Origin: Nitrospirota bacterium
Lineage (GTDB): Bacteria > Nitrospirota > Thermodesulfovibrionia > Thermodesulfovibrionales > Dissulfurispiraceae
Assembly (NCBI GenBank): GCA_040758355.1
Contig: JBFLWF010000009.1
Span: forward strand, 1-64,000
DNA: 64,000 bases
Reading direction: 5' to 3'
The position numbers and the translations under genes are program-made. Every line of letters begins with the position of its first letter. Position 1 is the stretch's first letter. Of the stretch, positions 1-9,235 are shown in pieces. A model generated the notes under the pieces. It searched no databases. It was given only the letters and a program-made list of their open reading frames with translations, and was not told where the DNA came from.

Positions 1-62
1 ACAAGTTTTACTGCCTCCTGCCGAAATTCCTTCGTGTACCTTCCATACGGTAACCTTTCCAT
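1..62 (-). CDS. IS3-family transposase OrfA, N-terminal part (partial)
   Basis: Manual translation MERLPYGRYTKEFRQEAVKL; not in ORF track. Confidence 0.75.
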   Translation of the reverse strand, partial: MERLPYGRYTKEFRQEAVKL

Positions 63-126
63 CTGAACACCTCCGTTAACTTATTTTACCTCAACTTTTG
101 GTGTCCACTTTTCTTATCCTACCTCA
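1..126 (-). mobile_element. Left end of an IS3-family insertion sequence (IRL plus start of orfA), running off the window
   Basis: Minus strand reads TGAGGTAGGATAAGAAAAGTGGACACC (TG-initial IS3-type end), then RBS GGAGG and ATG at 62 encoding MERLPYGRYTKEFRQEAVKL, a typical IS3 OrfA start (Y-x-x-EF-R/K-x-EAV). Confidence 0.8.
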
Positions 127-925
127 AGCGTTCTTTACATCCCTCTCTTCCGACCTCTCCGCATCGTTTTTCCCATTTGAGATTATTATTTTCCTTGAAT
201 GCAAAATGATATGTGTAGCCGCCTTTATTGTTTTTAACTCTAAACTCAATTTTATTGTCGCCTCTGTGCAGTTTGTTAGTAATATCTACCCATCCTGTAT
301 CGCCATAATAGCCCACGGATACGACCTTTGTTCCATTTACAAAACATTCTCCAACATCGTCAATGTTGGTTATGCGGATGTAGTATGATTGCTTAGGCTG
401 TGGCTGTGGTTGCGGCACCGGAGACGGTGAAGGCATGGGAGGTTGAGGTTGAGACTGCGCTGATAGCAAAACAAATCCCAATACTGGATACCGTTTACTT
501 TTAAATCCTGCACTTTTTCTAAAAGCGTACTTATTGTTATTTTCTAAAACGAAAACTTCATGGTCTGCTTGGTAGTCACAATCAAAATTTGAATGGTCAA
601 CTGTCACCTCATTACCATTTACCGATGTTACATACGCAACATGTCCAGCTGTATTGTTACCCCAACTATTAAAAACCATTATGCTGTTTGGTTGTGGCGT
701 TGGGGATTGTTCATCTCGCTTTGCAAGTGACCACCAATTTTTTGCCTCACCTATTCCCTTATGCCATTTTGAGCCTGGGGGAAGTTTTGATTTAACATAA
801 TTAACGCATGACCCTGGATTTCTTGGGTCGTCACATTTCTTGCCGGCTTCCCCTATCCCACTTCCGAAAAGAACAACACAGAACAACACTACAACTGAAA
901 AAATATGTTTCATAAATATACCCAC
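119..925 (-). CDS. Secreted CHAP-domain (Cys/His amidase/peptidase) protein with Pro/Gln linker and C-terminal beta-rich domain; C-terminus probably truncated by the IS
   Basis: Signal peptide (likely start MKHIF at 913); SCVNYV...G-A--WW...AGHVAYV...SNF CHAP pattern; QPQPPMPSPSPVPQPQPQP linker; stop codon lies inside the IS end. Confidence 0.8.
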   Translation of the reverse strand: MGIFMKHIFSVVVLFCVVLFGSGIGEAGKKCDDPRNPGSCVNYVKSKLPPGSKWHKGIGEAKNWWSLAKRDEQSPTPQPNSIMVFNSWGNNTAGHVAYVTSVNGNEVTVDHSNFDCDYQADHEVFVLENNNKYAFRKSAGFKSKRYPVLGFVLLSAQSQPQPPMPSPSPVPQPQPQPKQSYYIRITNIDDVGECFVNGTKVVSVGYYGDTGWVDITNKLHRGDNKIEFRVKNNKGGYTYHFAFKENNNLKWEKRCGEVGREGCKERLR

Positions 926-926
926 C

Positions 927-1970
927 CTATTTTTTCTTCATCTTGCCGCGGTGTTGCAATTCGGATTTTGGAATAATTTTTTCCTCTTTCTCTTCAACTG
1001 CGACTGTTGGCGGCGCAGACGGCAGCGATACCTTAGCGGGAGTCACTGTATAACCAGCGTCTTTTATAAGACCTCTAAACACATTTTCTGCATCGGTACC
1101 GTAGCTTTTTTCAAAGGCAGCCTGTATGATGCCGAGGTTGCCTGATAGTTTTGGCTCTACCTCGTCAAGGGCTGTCTTGCTTCTCCTTAAGAGGTCAACG
1201 AGATCAGGTCTTTTTATCAGATTTGTGCTAAACCGCCTGCCCAGCTCGTCGCCCATGACCTTGAATGTTTGATGGTAAATCTCTTTTTTAAGAATTTTAG
1301 GGTCTGGAATATCAAGTGCGCCGAGTGTTTTGCCTTTGCTGTAATCCAATACGAGCAATGTCCCGCCTTCCGATACCTGCGTCATCAATGCGCCTTCCTT
1401 TAACATCTTCTGTGTTTCGTGGTATTTGGCAGAATACTCATCAACAAACCGCGCTATAAAATTCTCTCTGTCTTTCTGAGAACCCTCGGCAATCAGCGTG
1501 ATAAATACATCAATTGCCCTCTTGAGAGTCTTTGCCCATCCTTCTTCAAAGTCCTGAATAACCTTAACAAATCGCTTGCCCGTTACATTGCCTATAGTGG
1601 CAGCCGCCTTATTGAGATGAGGATCCAGCACAAGGTCTGCTGTCCTGTCCTGATAGCCAAGCCTGTAACCCTTAACAAAAGCGTCTTTGAGGTCAGCATG
1701 AACCCAGAAGTAATCCAGATTGTTTTCATCTATAAGCGCCTCTACAAACCGCTCATCCAATATCTCTTTAGTAGCCTTTTCAGCATCAAACTTCAAATCC
1801 CAGTGCCTTTTCCCCCACCATTGTCCGGCCTTTTCATAATCGGCTACAGTTTTAGCAGGCCTGAAAAACTCATCGTCCTTTTTAGTAAATGAATCAACAG
1901 TTACACATCCTCCGAGAAAACAAACTACTAACAAAACGATCACTATTGAAACCGCCTTTTTGTTAAACAT
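927..1970 (-). CDS. Hypothetical lipoprotein
   Basis: Lipobox LGGC after a hydrophobic N-terminus; 347-aa ORF with RBS; no recognised domain. Confidence 0.75.
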   Translation of the reverse strand: MFNKKAVSIVIVLLVVCFLGGCVTVDSFTKKDDEFFRPAKTVADYEKAGQWWGKRHWDLKFDAEKATKEILDERFVEALIDENNLDYFWVHADLKDAFVKGYRLGYQDRTADLVLDPHLNKAAATIGNVTGKRFVKVIQDFEEGWAKTLKRAIDVFITLIAEGSQKDRENFIARFVDEYSAKYHETQKMLKEGALMTQVSEGGTLLVLDYSKGKTLGALDIPDPKILKKEIYHQTFKVMGDELGRRFSTNLIKRPDLVDLLRRSKTALDEVEPKLSGNLGIIQAAFEKSYGTDAENVFRGLIKDAGYTVTPAKVSLPSAPPTVAVEEKEEKIIPKSELQHRGKMKKK

Positions 1971-2014
1971 ACCTCGCCCCCCTTTTAGATAAAAACCTTT
2001 TTCACGCTATAGCT

Positions 2015-2043
2015 TTTATACACTTTTTAAGTTGTATTGTCAA
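2015..2043 (-). promoter_or_regulatory. Sigma70 promoter for the lipoprotein-CHAP operon
   Basis: Minus strand TTGACA (2043-2038), 17 bp spacer, TATAAA (2020-2015). Confidence 0.65.
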
Positions 2044-2052
2044 TAAAAATTT

Positions 2053-2073
2053 CTACAATTTAAAGCATTGTAG
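2053..2073. promoter_or_regulatory. Candidate operator palindrome for the XRE regulator
   Basis: CTACAAT-N7-ATTGTAG between divergent genes. Confidence 0.4.
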
Positions 2074-2105
2074 TAAGCATAGCATAAGGGTTGTTATAGT
2101 GGTTT

Positions 2106-2465
2106 ATGGCGAAGAAGAGAATAAAGACGAGTAAAGAAATCGGTGAGAAGATTAAAAGGCGGAGAAGGGAGCTTGGAATCTCGCAGGAACAACTGGCTGA
2201 GATATTGGGTGTTACATATCAGCAGGTGCAGAGATACGAAAACGGGAAAAACAAGCTCAATGTTGAAAATATTCAGGCCGTAGCTGATATACTGTCCGTG
2301 CCTGTGTCTTATTTCTTTGAACCCGACAAGACATTAATGATTGCTGAAAAGCCGGCTCCATATTTGGCTGAAAATAAGCTCCTGAAGTATTTCAGAAAAA
2401 TCAAAAGTATTAGTTCCAAAAATACAGTCATTCAGGTTGCCAGAATTGCAGCAAAGGCAGACTGA
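2106..2465 (+). CDS. XRE-family helix-turn-helix transcriptional regulator
   Basis: GISQEQLAEILGVTYQQVQRYENG HTH_3 motif. Confidence 0.9.
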   Translation: MAKKRIKTSKEIGEKIKRRRRELGISQEQLAEILGVTYQQVQRYENGKNKLNVENIQAVADILSVPVSYFFEPDKTLMIAEKPAPYLAENKLLKYFRKIKSISSKNTVIQVARIAAKAD

Positions 2466-2466
2466 C

Positions 2467-2898
2467 TCATATATCTCCTAAAAATCCTTCCCTCTCCTCG
2501 CCAACCCTCACCTCTTCTCCCGCAAGCCTCTCAAGGAGCACCGGAATTCCTTCGATGTCCTTTATGTCCTTCTGGCAGAGGATTTTAATTATCTCCCTGA
2601 AAGGAGAGAACTCCTCCCACATCCCTTTCAGGTGCCCTGATACATTTTTATGAAGGCTTTCGCCCTTCTCATCCCAGTCCATGAGGAGAATTATTTTGTG
2701 GAATCTTTCCGCAATATCGTCGCAGAACTCATAAAGCCCTTTTCCTCCATGAAGGGCAATGATATCTCCAACAAGCCCTATCTTTCTCAATGCGCTTATA
2801 TCCCTTTTGCCCTCAACGATGATGGGTATGCGCTTATTGACATCATAGAGGGACTCAAAGACCTCTTTCAGCCTCTCTGCCCTTTCAAAATCATTCAT
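2467..2898 (-). CDS. Stand-alone TOPRIM-domain protein
   Basis: IIVEGKRD and DWD (DxD) TOPRIM motifs in a 143-aa protein. Confidence 0.8.
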   Translation of the reverse strand: MNDFERAERLKEVFESLYDVNKRIPIIVEGKRDISALRKIGLVGDIIALHGGKGLYEFCDDIAERFHKIILLMDWDEKGESLHKNVSGHLKGMWEEFSPFREIIKILCQKDIKDIEGIPVLLERLAGEEVRVGEEREGFLGDI

Positions 2899-2900
2899 GC

Positions 2901-3131
2901 TTATTCCACAGCGACAAATGTCTCTGTGCGGTTTATACCTTTAATCAATCTAATCTTTTTGAGGACCTTGTCAAATATCTCCGAACTGTTTTTAGCCTCT
3001 ATAACAGCTACTATGTCATAATGCCCCGTAACCACATCCGCATTCACAACCCCCTTTATCCCCCTCAGCGTATCCCTTATTGATACATCCTTTCCAGGCA
3101 ATACATTCGCAAGCAAATATACCCTTGCCAT
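2901..3131 (-). CDS. Lrp/AsnC ligand-binding-domain protein (no HTH)
   Basis: VTGHYDIVAVIEA...GINRTET pattern; 76 aa. Confidence 0.8.
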   Translation of the reverse strand: MARVYLLANVLPGKDVSIRDTLRGIKGVVNADVVTGHYDIVAVIEAKNSSEIFDKVLKKIRLIKGINRTETFVAVE

Positions 3132-3200
3132 AAGAACCTCCTGACAGTGATTTTATTAAAATTATACGATTTTTAAGGCAATTTAGCTAAAAGAAAAAAA

Positions 3201-4466
3201 TCAGCGGTAGGCAGCAGGCTCTACAAGATAGCCGAATCTGTTTTTAAATTCCTCCGGTCTTAATTTCACTGTTTTTGCAAGGCGTTTTAAATTCTCTCCC
3301 TCAAGATCTTCCTTTTCGAGGCGGATCATATATTTCCTTCCCACTTCATAGGTCTCGGAGGCAATATCCACCTTTCTTACCTTCACCTTTCCGGTGGAAT
3401 AATCCATTACCTCCACAAAGGGGACGGGCCTCAGATGCCCTTCAAAGAATGTTATCATCGAGCCTGTGCCGCCTCTCAGCAGATAACGCACAGCGCCGTA
3501 GCCTAAATTTCTTGTGTATTCGATATCGAATGGGATGGGGTCTGCGGCCCTCAATTCGTATCCTATATTTTTATCAACTATGGTAATCTTTATCCCTAAA
3601 GAATCGAGGGTCTTTTTCACAAGGTTTTTAAGCACCCTTCCCAGTTGAATCTCTGAGAGCCTTATCCTGCCTGTCTCATCCTTTTCGAGTTGTTCATACT
3701 GGCTCAATTCTTCGATGTCGAACTTCTCTGCTATTCCCTCTGCAAGTACTGCCACGCCGTGGTCTCTGCCCATGGAGAGCCTTTTTATTATTGAGCCTGC
3801 AAGTATATCGGCAATCTTTTTTAATGAGAGCCTTTCTTCGAATTCCTCTGAAATAAGGGTTATTGTTGCACCTGCTGCCTTTCCCATGCCAAGCGCAAGA
3901 TGCCCTGCGTGTCTGCCCATGGTGGTTACGAAGTACCACCTCCCCATGGTCTTTGCATCTTCCATTATGTTTTTGACAATTTCCACTCCCCAATGCCTTG
4001 CTGTCTCGTATCCGAATGTGGATGCGCCTCCTGGAAGTGGAATGTCGTTATCTATGGTCTTTGGCACATGAACAACATTAATAGCACCCCTTGCCTCTTT
4101 TTCTATCCAGTTGGCCATAAAAAGGGTTCCTTCGCCGCCAATCGTTATGAGGTGTTTAATTCCGAGTTGCTTAAGGGTCGTCATGAGAATTTTAAACCTC
4201 TCTTTTATCCTGTCTGGATAGTCACGGGAGGTTCTAAGGATAGAGCCTCCCTGCGTATGTATTCTCGATACATCGTCTATGGTGAGGGGAATTGCAGCGC
4301 TCCTGTCGCCGTTAAAGAGGCTTTTGAATCCGCCCCTGATTCCAACAACACCCTTGCCTTCGTTAATAGCCTCGATAGTGGCTGCACTTATAACGCCGTT
4401 TATGCCAGGCGCAGGTCCTCCACCAACTATTATGCCGACTACATCCTTAGCTTTACTCGCCCGCAT
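3201..4466 (-). CDS. pfk: 6-phosphofructokinase (PfkA superfamily)
   Basis: GGGPAPGIN, PKTIDND, MGR and GYELR motifs. Confidence 0.9.
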   Translation of the reverse strand: MRASKAKDVVGIIVGGGPAPGINGVISAATIEAINEGKGVVGIRGGFKSLFNGDRSAAIPLTIDDVSRIHTQGGSILRTSRDYPDRIKERFKILMTTLKQLGIKHLITIGGEGTLFMANWIEKEARGAINVVHVPKTIDNDIPLPGGASTFGYETARHWGVEIVKNIMEDAKTMGRWYFVTTMGRHAGHLALGMGKAAGATITLISEEFEERLSLKKIADILAGSIIKRLSMGRDHGVAVLAEGIAEKFDIEELSQYEQLEKDETGRIRLSEIQLGRVLKNLVKKTLDSLGIKITIVDKNIGYELRAADPIPFDIEYTRNLGYGAVRYLLRGGTGSMITFFEGHLRPVPFVEVMDYSTGKVKVRKVDIASETYEVGRKYMIRLEKEDLEGENLKRLAKTVKLRPEEFKNRFGYLVEPAAYR

Positions 4467-4938
4467 TTTTTAATATCTCCAGAATAAGCGCATCTTTTAA
4501 ATAGAAACCTACTTCTTTTAATTTGTCCATTAGAGGTTTTATCTGTGTTAGATGACCTGCTTTTTTGGCTTTTACCAAAACGCCTGCAGTTCCTGTTAAT
4601 TTGAATTCTTGAAGTTTAGCAATCCTTCTTGCGAGGGAATCGTCAATAACGAGAAGGGGATTATTTTCCTGACAGCCCAAGGCCAAAACTTCGGCTTCTC
4701 CATTTCCCAGATCTGGAATTATTTTTATAAATGCAGGAACAACTACATTTTTTACTGTTATCCAACTGTAGTCTTCTATCTCAGGCACATCTTCGCCAAC
4801 CGTTTTACCTTCCTTTAGCTCATTTACCACCGCCTCTGGAATAACAATATTTCCATAAAGCTTTTCAAGAATACGAATACAGCCAAGCCGGTGAAGATAA
4901 AAAAGAGGCGATGTATTAACAATTACCGTTTCATGCAT
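4453..4938 (-). CDS. PIN-domain protein, DUF3368-like (putative toxin)
   Basis: IVNTSPL...IPEAV--E...GEAE-LAL...IDD-LARR-A...TGTAG pattern. Confidence 0.8.
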   Translation of the reverse strand: MHETVIVNTSPLFYLHRLGCIRILEKLYGNIVIPEAVVNELKEGKTVGEDVPEIEDYSWITVKNVVVPAFIKIIPDLGNGEAEVLALGCQENNPLLVIDDSLARRIAKLQEFKLTGTAGVLVKAKKAGHLTQIKPLMDKLKEVGFYLKDALILEILKNAGE

Positions 4939-5185
4939 TCTGAATATCCTGCTGCAATTCTTCAGGACTTAATTCAAAAATAGGCACACCGTATCGTGAG
5001 AGTGATTGCAGAAAACTTACTCTTGGAATACCTGCAAGTTGAGCGGCCCGTCCTGAAGACAATCTGCGCATCTGGTACAGATGAACAGCAGCCAGCATAC
5101 GGATTTCTCTTGAAAACTCTTCAGAGGTTTCCTTTAACGAGATTAACACTTCATCGGGGATATCCAAAACTATTTTTTCCATCAT
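4931..5185 (-). CDS. UPF0175-family protein (putative antitoxin)
   Basis: LSSGRAAQLAGIPRVSF motif; translationally coupled upstream of the PIN gene. Confidence 0.85.
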   Translation of the reverse strand: MMEKIVLDIPDEVLISLKETSEEFSREIRMLAAVHLYQMRRLSSGRAAQLAGIPRVSFLQSLSRYGVPIFELSPEELQQDIQNA

Positions 5186-5200
5186 GCACCTCTCTGGTGT

Positions 5201-5899
5201 TTATTTGTTTTCACTTTCAGTTTTTTCGATATTTTCTTTTTTTATAATTTTAGAATCACCGTCTTGGTTGTGCTGAGAATGATATTTACCATATGGCAAT
5301 GAAGACATCGTCATAAAATTTGCTTGTCTTGCTACGGGCATATAATCAGCGGCTGCCGTTTGGACGGCTGTTAGAACTACTTTAACAAGTAAGCCCGCTA
5401 ACCCACCGGCACCGCCATCGCTTCCAGTGGTATCAAGCACCATAGTCCCATCATATTTCCATAAATTTTCTCCAGAAATAGTAGACTTTAGTACACAATC
5501 TACACTAACTTTCACATTGCCGCCTATAACATAATAAGATGTATCCCACTTTAAAACTTTGATATACATTACGGCATCAGCACCAAAATATTGCCTAAAC
5601 TTCTGTGGAGGAGTATTTATTAGCAACTCTGTATCATAAAATCCTTCGTTCCTTAATATCTCCGATGTAACCTCCATGGGGAATACATAATAACCCATTA
5701 AACTAAGTGGTTCTGCCACTGTAACGCTATAGTATTCTTTTGCATCAGATGCCGTGGTCAGATTTATAGGGGGTAAAACTAAAATTGACAAAGGGTGTTC
5801 ATTATACATGTGAGGGAAAGCCTCTTTTTTCGTTGTATAGCTTGCGCACCCTGCAGTAAACATTAACACAAATAATATTAGTACTTTAAAGAGACGCAT
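5201..5899 (-). CDS. GNA1162/DUF799-like lipoprotein
   Basis: Lipobox TAGC; SILVLPP-N, GYYVFP and FGADAV motifs; usual partner of DUF4810/CsgG. Confidence 0.8.
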   Translation of the reverse strand: MRLFKVLILFVLMFTAGCASYTTKKEAFPHMYNEHPLSILVLPPINLTTASDAKEYYSVTVAEPLSLMGYYVFPMEVTSEILRNEGFYDTELLINTPPQKFRQYFGADAVMYIKVLKWDTSYYVIGGNVKVSVDCVLKSTISGENLWKYDGTMVLDTTGSDGGAGGLAGLLVKVVLTAVQTAAADYMPVARQANFMTMSSLPYGKYHSQHNQDGDSKIIKKENIEKTESENK

Positions 5900-6303
5900 T
5901 ATATACCCTCCTTTTTCTTTGCTGTTTCAGAACTGCTAATGTTGGCATTACTCGGTTTGTCACTTTTATCTATATATGATTTAAGGTTTTGCATAAACAC
6001 AGCCGATTCTGGGTAGGCTTTTTCCTCGAGGTCAAAATATTTTAACGCCTCATCCTTTTTCCCGTCCTTTAAAAGGATAAATCCATATTCACAATAAATA
6101 CCAGGAGGAACCCGCAAGTCTTTTTCTTTAGAATTTTCCATGATGGCTACAAGCATTTCTTTGTGTTTTTGCAAGTTTTCATCTGTAGGGTCTTTTTTAT
6201 ACTTGTAAAGCGAAAGGGGATACCGCTCCCAATTGTATAATTGCTGTTTAGCGCAGCCTGACATTAAAAAACCGATTAAAAGGAAAAGAAGCAACTTTTT
6301 CAT
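5899..6303 (-). CDS. DUF4810-like TPR lipoprotein
   Basis: Lipobox MSGC; LY-W--Y, VPPG---EYG and E---YPES motifs. Confidence 0.8.
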   Translation of the reverse strand: MKKLLLFLLIGFLMSGCAKQQLYNWERYPLSLYKYKKDPTDENLQKHKEMLVAIMENSKEKDLRVPPGIYCEYGFILLKDGKKDEALKYFDLEEKAYPESAVFMQNLKSYIDKSDKPSNANISSSETAKKKEGI

Positions 6304-6641
6304 GGCACAAAAACCTCCATAATCGCCTGATTTTCTAATAATAAAAGTCTGTTTACTACCATGATTCCATCTTTATAAATTTTTATCGTATGTTTCCCGG
6401 GTGGAAGTTGATATAATTTGTCTTCAGGAGATTTTTTTTCTGTTGTTCCGGTTTCGTTAGTGCTAACAATAAAAGTTTCGAGCTTAAATTGCGTTGTATC
6501 ATCAATCTGAACTAATGCGTTCTGCCAATTACCTACAAACTTGAGATAGCTTTTTTCTGCTTTCTGTACAATTCCTTCTTTATATCCACATGAGGTTAAA
6601 AAAAACAATAATACAAAATATATAAGAATTATTTTTTTCAT
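6300..6641 (-). CDS. Hypothetical lipoprotein
   Basis: Lipobox LTSC; PGKH-I-I PEGA-like C-terminus; overlaps the next gene by 4 bp. Confidence 0.7.
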   Translation of the reverse strand: MKKIILIYFVLLFFLTSCGYKEGIVQKAEKSYLKFVGNWQNALVQIDDTTQFKLETFIVSTNETGTTEKKSPEDKLYQLPPGKHTIKIYKDGIMVVNRLLLLENQAIMEVFVP

Positions 6642-6655
6642 TTTATCCTCCAGAT

Positions 6656-7606
6656 TTATTTTTCAAGGATGTATAAATCAGCAAAGTTATAAGCAGCCAT
6701 ATTCCCTTCCAATAACGTGCAAATAGAAATTTCATTGTTTGGATCGTCTCCTACTGCAGACAAGACCTTAAGTTTTCCAATCGGCTGGCCGGGAAGTTCA
6801 ATAAACATCCCCGTTTGTGGGTTTTTAACTTTATTGCCTTTTTTATAGACGGTAAATACATCTCCCTCTTTTATTCCTTGAGCCTTGCCTCCGGAAATTA
6901 TATAATTTCTGCTTTCTTGGGAAAGGATATATGCTTTCCATGGCTTATCTAAAAGTTTTTCTGCGACGTTGTTTGCCAGCTTGGATATTGCTGCAGAAAT
7001 AGCCTTGTCATTTAAACTGGAATCATAATCTGCCCTGGCCCCTATCCCCATAACAGATCCTGCTTCGGAGAAAGCCTGTCCGTCCCCTTCTTCTGAATAA
7101 ATAATCTGGCCTGTCTGAACATCTACCAATCGTACATTTACTTTGGCATATGCCTCTTGTTTTTTGACACGACTAAACCATCCTACATCACTTGTTGTTT
7201 TCCTGCCGAATTCTGAAACAGATCCAAGGATTAAGTAATCTGCTGGTATATTTAAAGAGGCTAAATTGCCTATCTTCAACTCCTTGTTAATTTTCTCAAT
7301 ATCTGCTCTTTCAAGCAAAATAAACTTGTCTGTAGCTGCGAGTTTTGCCGATAATATATCCATAGCCTGTTTCCCTATTTGATCTTTATTCTCATCTACA
7401 AAAAAACCTTTCCCGTATATTGTTTCGTTAGTAAATCTTGCTATGGCTACCTTTCTTTTAAGCATTCTTACAGCCGGTTTTTCAAGGACTTTGCTAACTT
7501 GCGGTTTTTGTTCGACAATTTCAACTTCCTCTTTTTTTACGGTCGCGCAGGACTGCAATAAAAAAATTCCTGCAAATAAAAAAATAACAACCAATCGCTG
7601 CAACAT
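6656..7606 (-). CDS. CsgG/HfaB-family outer-membrane lipoprotein
   Basis: Lipobox LQSC; KVAIARF-NE, F-LLER and VRLVDV-TG motifs. Confidence 0.8.
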   Translation of the reverse strand: MLQRLVVIFLFAGIFLLQSCATVKKEEVEIVEQKPQVSKVLEKPAVRMLKRKVAIARFTNETIYGKGFFVDENKDQIGKQAMDILSAKLAATDKFILLERADIEKINKELKIGNLASLNIPADYLILGSVSEFGRKTTSDVGWFSRVKKQEAYAKVNVRLVDVQTGQIIYSEEGDGQAFSEAGSVMGIGARADYDSSLNDKAISAAISKLANNVAEKLLDKPWKAYILSQESRNYIISGGKAQGIKEGDVFTVYKKGNKVKNPQTGMFIELPGQPIGKLKVLSAVGDDPNNEISICTLLEGNMAAYNFADLYILEK

Positions 7607-7721
7607 AAACTCCTCCCCGATTATTAATATCAGCTAATGTAACTTACTGGTAATTATGAGGAAGTATATCACAAAACTTTTTCAATGGAAAGCACAGAAT
7701 AATATCGCAGAAATCATGGTC

Positions 7722-7776
7722 AATGGGTTCAGCCGTTCCAAATGGGTCAAACGAAACTGGAACGGCTGAACCCATT
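7722..7776. repeat. 19-bp perfect inverted repeat (REP-like or terminator)
   Basis: AATGGGTTCAGCCGTTCCA (7722-7740) / TGGAACGGCTGAACCCATT (7758-7776), just after the aldolase stop. Confidence 0.75.
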
Positions 7777-7790
7777 ATTGCATTTAATGC

Positions 7791-9149
7791 CTATATCCCC
7801 AGCAAACCTGCATTAATCTCCTTTTTCACAGCCACAGGCTTCACTGTCCTTTTCACAATATCGGTTGTATTTGTGACTTTCAATTTTTCAAACAGCAATG
7901 CAAACTTTGCCTCAAGCTCTTTCATTATCGGCTCTTTTACGCTTGATGGCAAATCCCACCACTTTTTCTTTATCGGACCGAAGCCCTTCTTCCTCACGCT
8001 GTAGAAAAACTGCTCGTCTGTCTGTCCTTCCTTCCTCTCCTTTGCGCACTCCTGTTTCAGATACTCATAAACCTCTGCCTTGAAATCTGCTGGGAGGTGT
8101 TTGCTGTCATAGATGATGTTCTGGAATCCTGTCGCAAGATGAACCTCAGAAGTCCCTGTCTCAGGAAACATATTGAATGCCTCTTCAGGGAGTGTTGATG
8201 CCCCATGCTGCACACAGCCCGAAAGCCCGTACTCCTTTCTTGCGAGGTCTGACAGTTGCCTTAATGTGTCGAAGTCTATCTTTACCTTTGCAAGACTTCC
8301 GTCGGGAAGGACAACTCCGCCGTGGCTTGTGCCTGTCTGCACGCTGAGTTTGCTCAGGCCTTTTATGCCTTTAAAGGTCTCTTTGAACCCGTCGAGATAC
8401 GCCCTCAATTCATCCGGGTTGCTGTTCTTTCCGCCTATCTCGCCGATTTCACCGCCTATTGAAATGTCGACGCCTGATGGCTGTAATTGCCTGACATGCT
8501 CTGATAGCTCCGAGGTCTTTTCGAAATTAGGCCTCTGCTGCTCCTTTGTTGTCGGCTTGTCGAGGTCAACGATTGTGGATGTGTCAATGTCTATGTTGTA
8601 GAATTCAGCTTCTATGGCCTCTTTGATCAGCCCTTTGACATAATCGGTCTCGGGCTCCGGGCCGCTCAGGTAATTCTTCCTTACGAGCTGGAAATGGTCT
8701 CCCTGTATAAACACAGGACCTTCAAAGCCTTCCTTTACCGCTGCAGCAAGGACGACTGCTGCATATTCTATGGGCCTCTGCTTTGTGTATCCTATCTCTG
8801 ACCTTGCGATCTCAAAAATAAATGCCCCGGCCTTCATCTCCAATGCCTTTCTGAATACTGCCCTTGCAGCATCGTATGTGAGTCCCCTGATGTTCATGGC
8901 AGGCACTGTAAACCCCGGATAACTCCTTCCCATTTCTTCATAGAGCCCCTGAATGGATGCAGGCACAGCACCGCATGCCTTTGCAATTTCCTTGACAAGT
9001 ACGAATTTTGCCTTTCTTTTTTCGTCGTCCGATTCAAAAACTGCATCATAAATAAGGCTGTCCATGAGGTTTCTGACAGCGTTTTTGTCTTTTACATAAA
9101 CAGAACCGTCTTTGATCTCGATAACATCTTTCAGACCTTGTATAGACAT
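7791..9149 (-). CDS. Class II fructose-bisphosphate aldolase family protein
   Basis: GDH, GEIGEIGG, GTSHGG and QHGAS metal-binding motifs; start moved to ATG 9149 behind RBS AGGAGG. Confidence 0.8.
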   Translation of the reverse strand: MSIQGLKDVIEIKDGSVYVKDKNAVRNLMDSLIYDAVFESDDEKRKAKFVLVKEIAKACGAVPASIQGLYEEMGRSYPGFTVPAMNIRGLTYDAARAVFRKALEMKAGAFIFEIARSEIGYTKQRPIEYAAVVLAAAVKEGFEGPVFIQGDHFQLVRKNYLSGPEPETDYVKGLIKEAIEAEFYNIDIDTSTIVDLDKPTTKEQQRPNFEKTSELSEHVRQLQPSGVDISIGGEIGEIGGKNSNPDELRAYLDGFKETFKGIKGLSKLSVQTGTSHGGVVLPDGSLAKVKIDFDTLRQLSDLARKEYGLSGCVQHGASTLPEEAFNMFPETGTSEVHLATGFQNIIYDSKHLPADFKAEVYEYLKQECAKERKEGQTDEQFFYSVRKKGFGPIKKKWWDLPSSVKEPIMKELEAKFALLFEKLKVTNTTDIVKRTVKPVAVKKEINAGLLGI

Positions 9150-9235
9150 AAGACCCTCCTCGGAAATTTTTGAAATAATTATACCAAATCTCGTATTATT
9201 TGACATTAAGGTTGACAAAAATCAATAATTAAGAC

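Noticed and set aside
9150..9218. N-terminal extension of the aldolase
   Set aside because: A strong RBS precedes ATG 9149; the extension covers the divergent promoter region.
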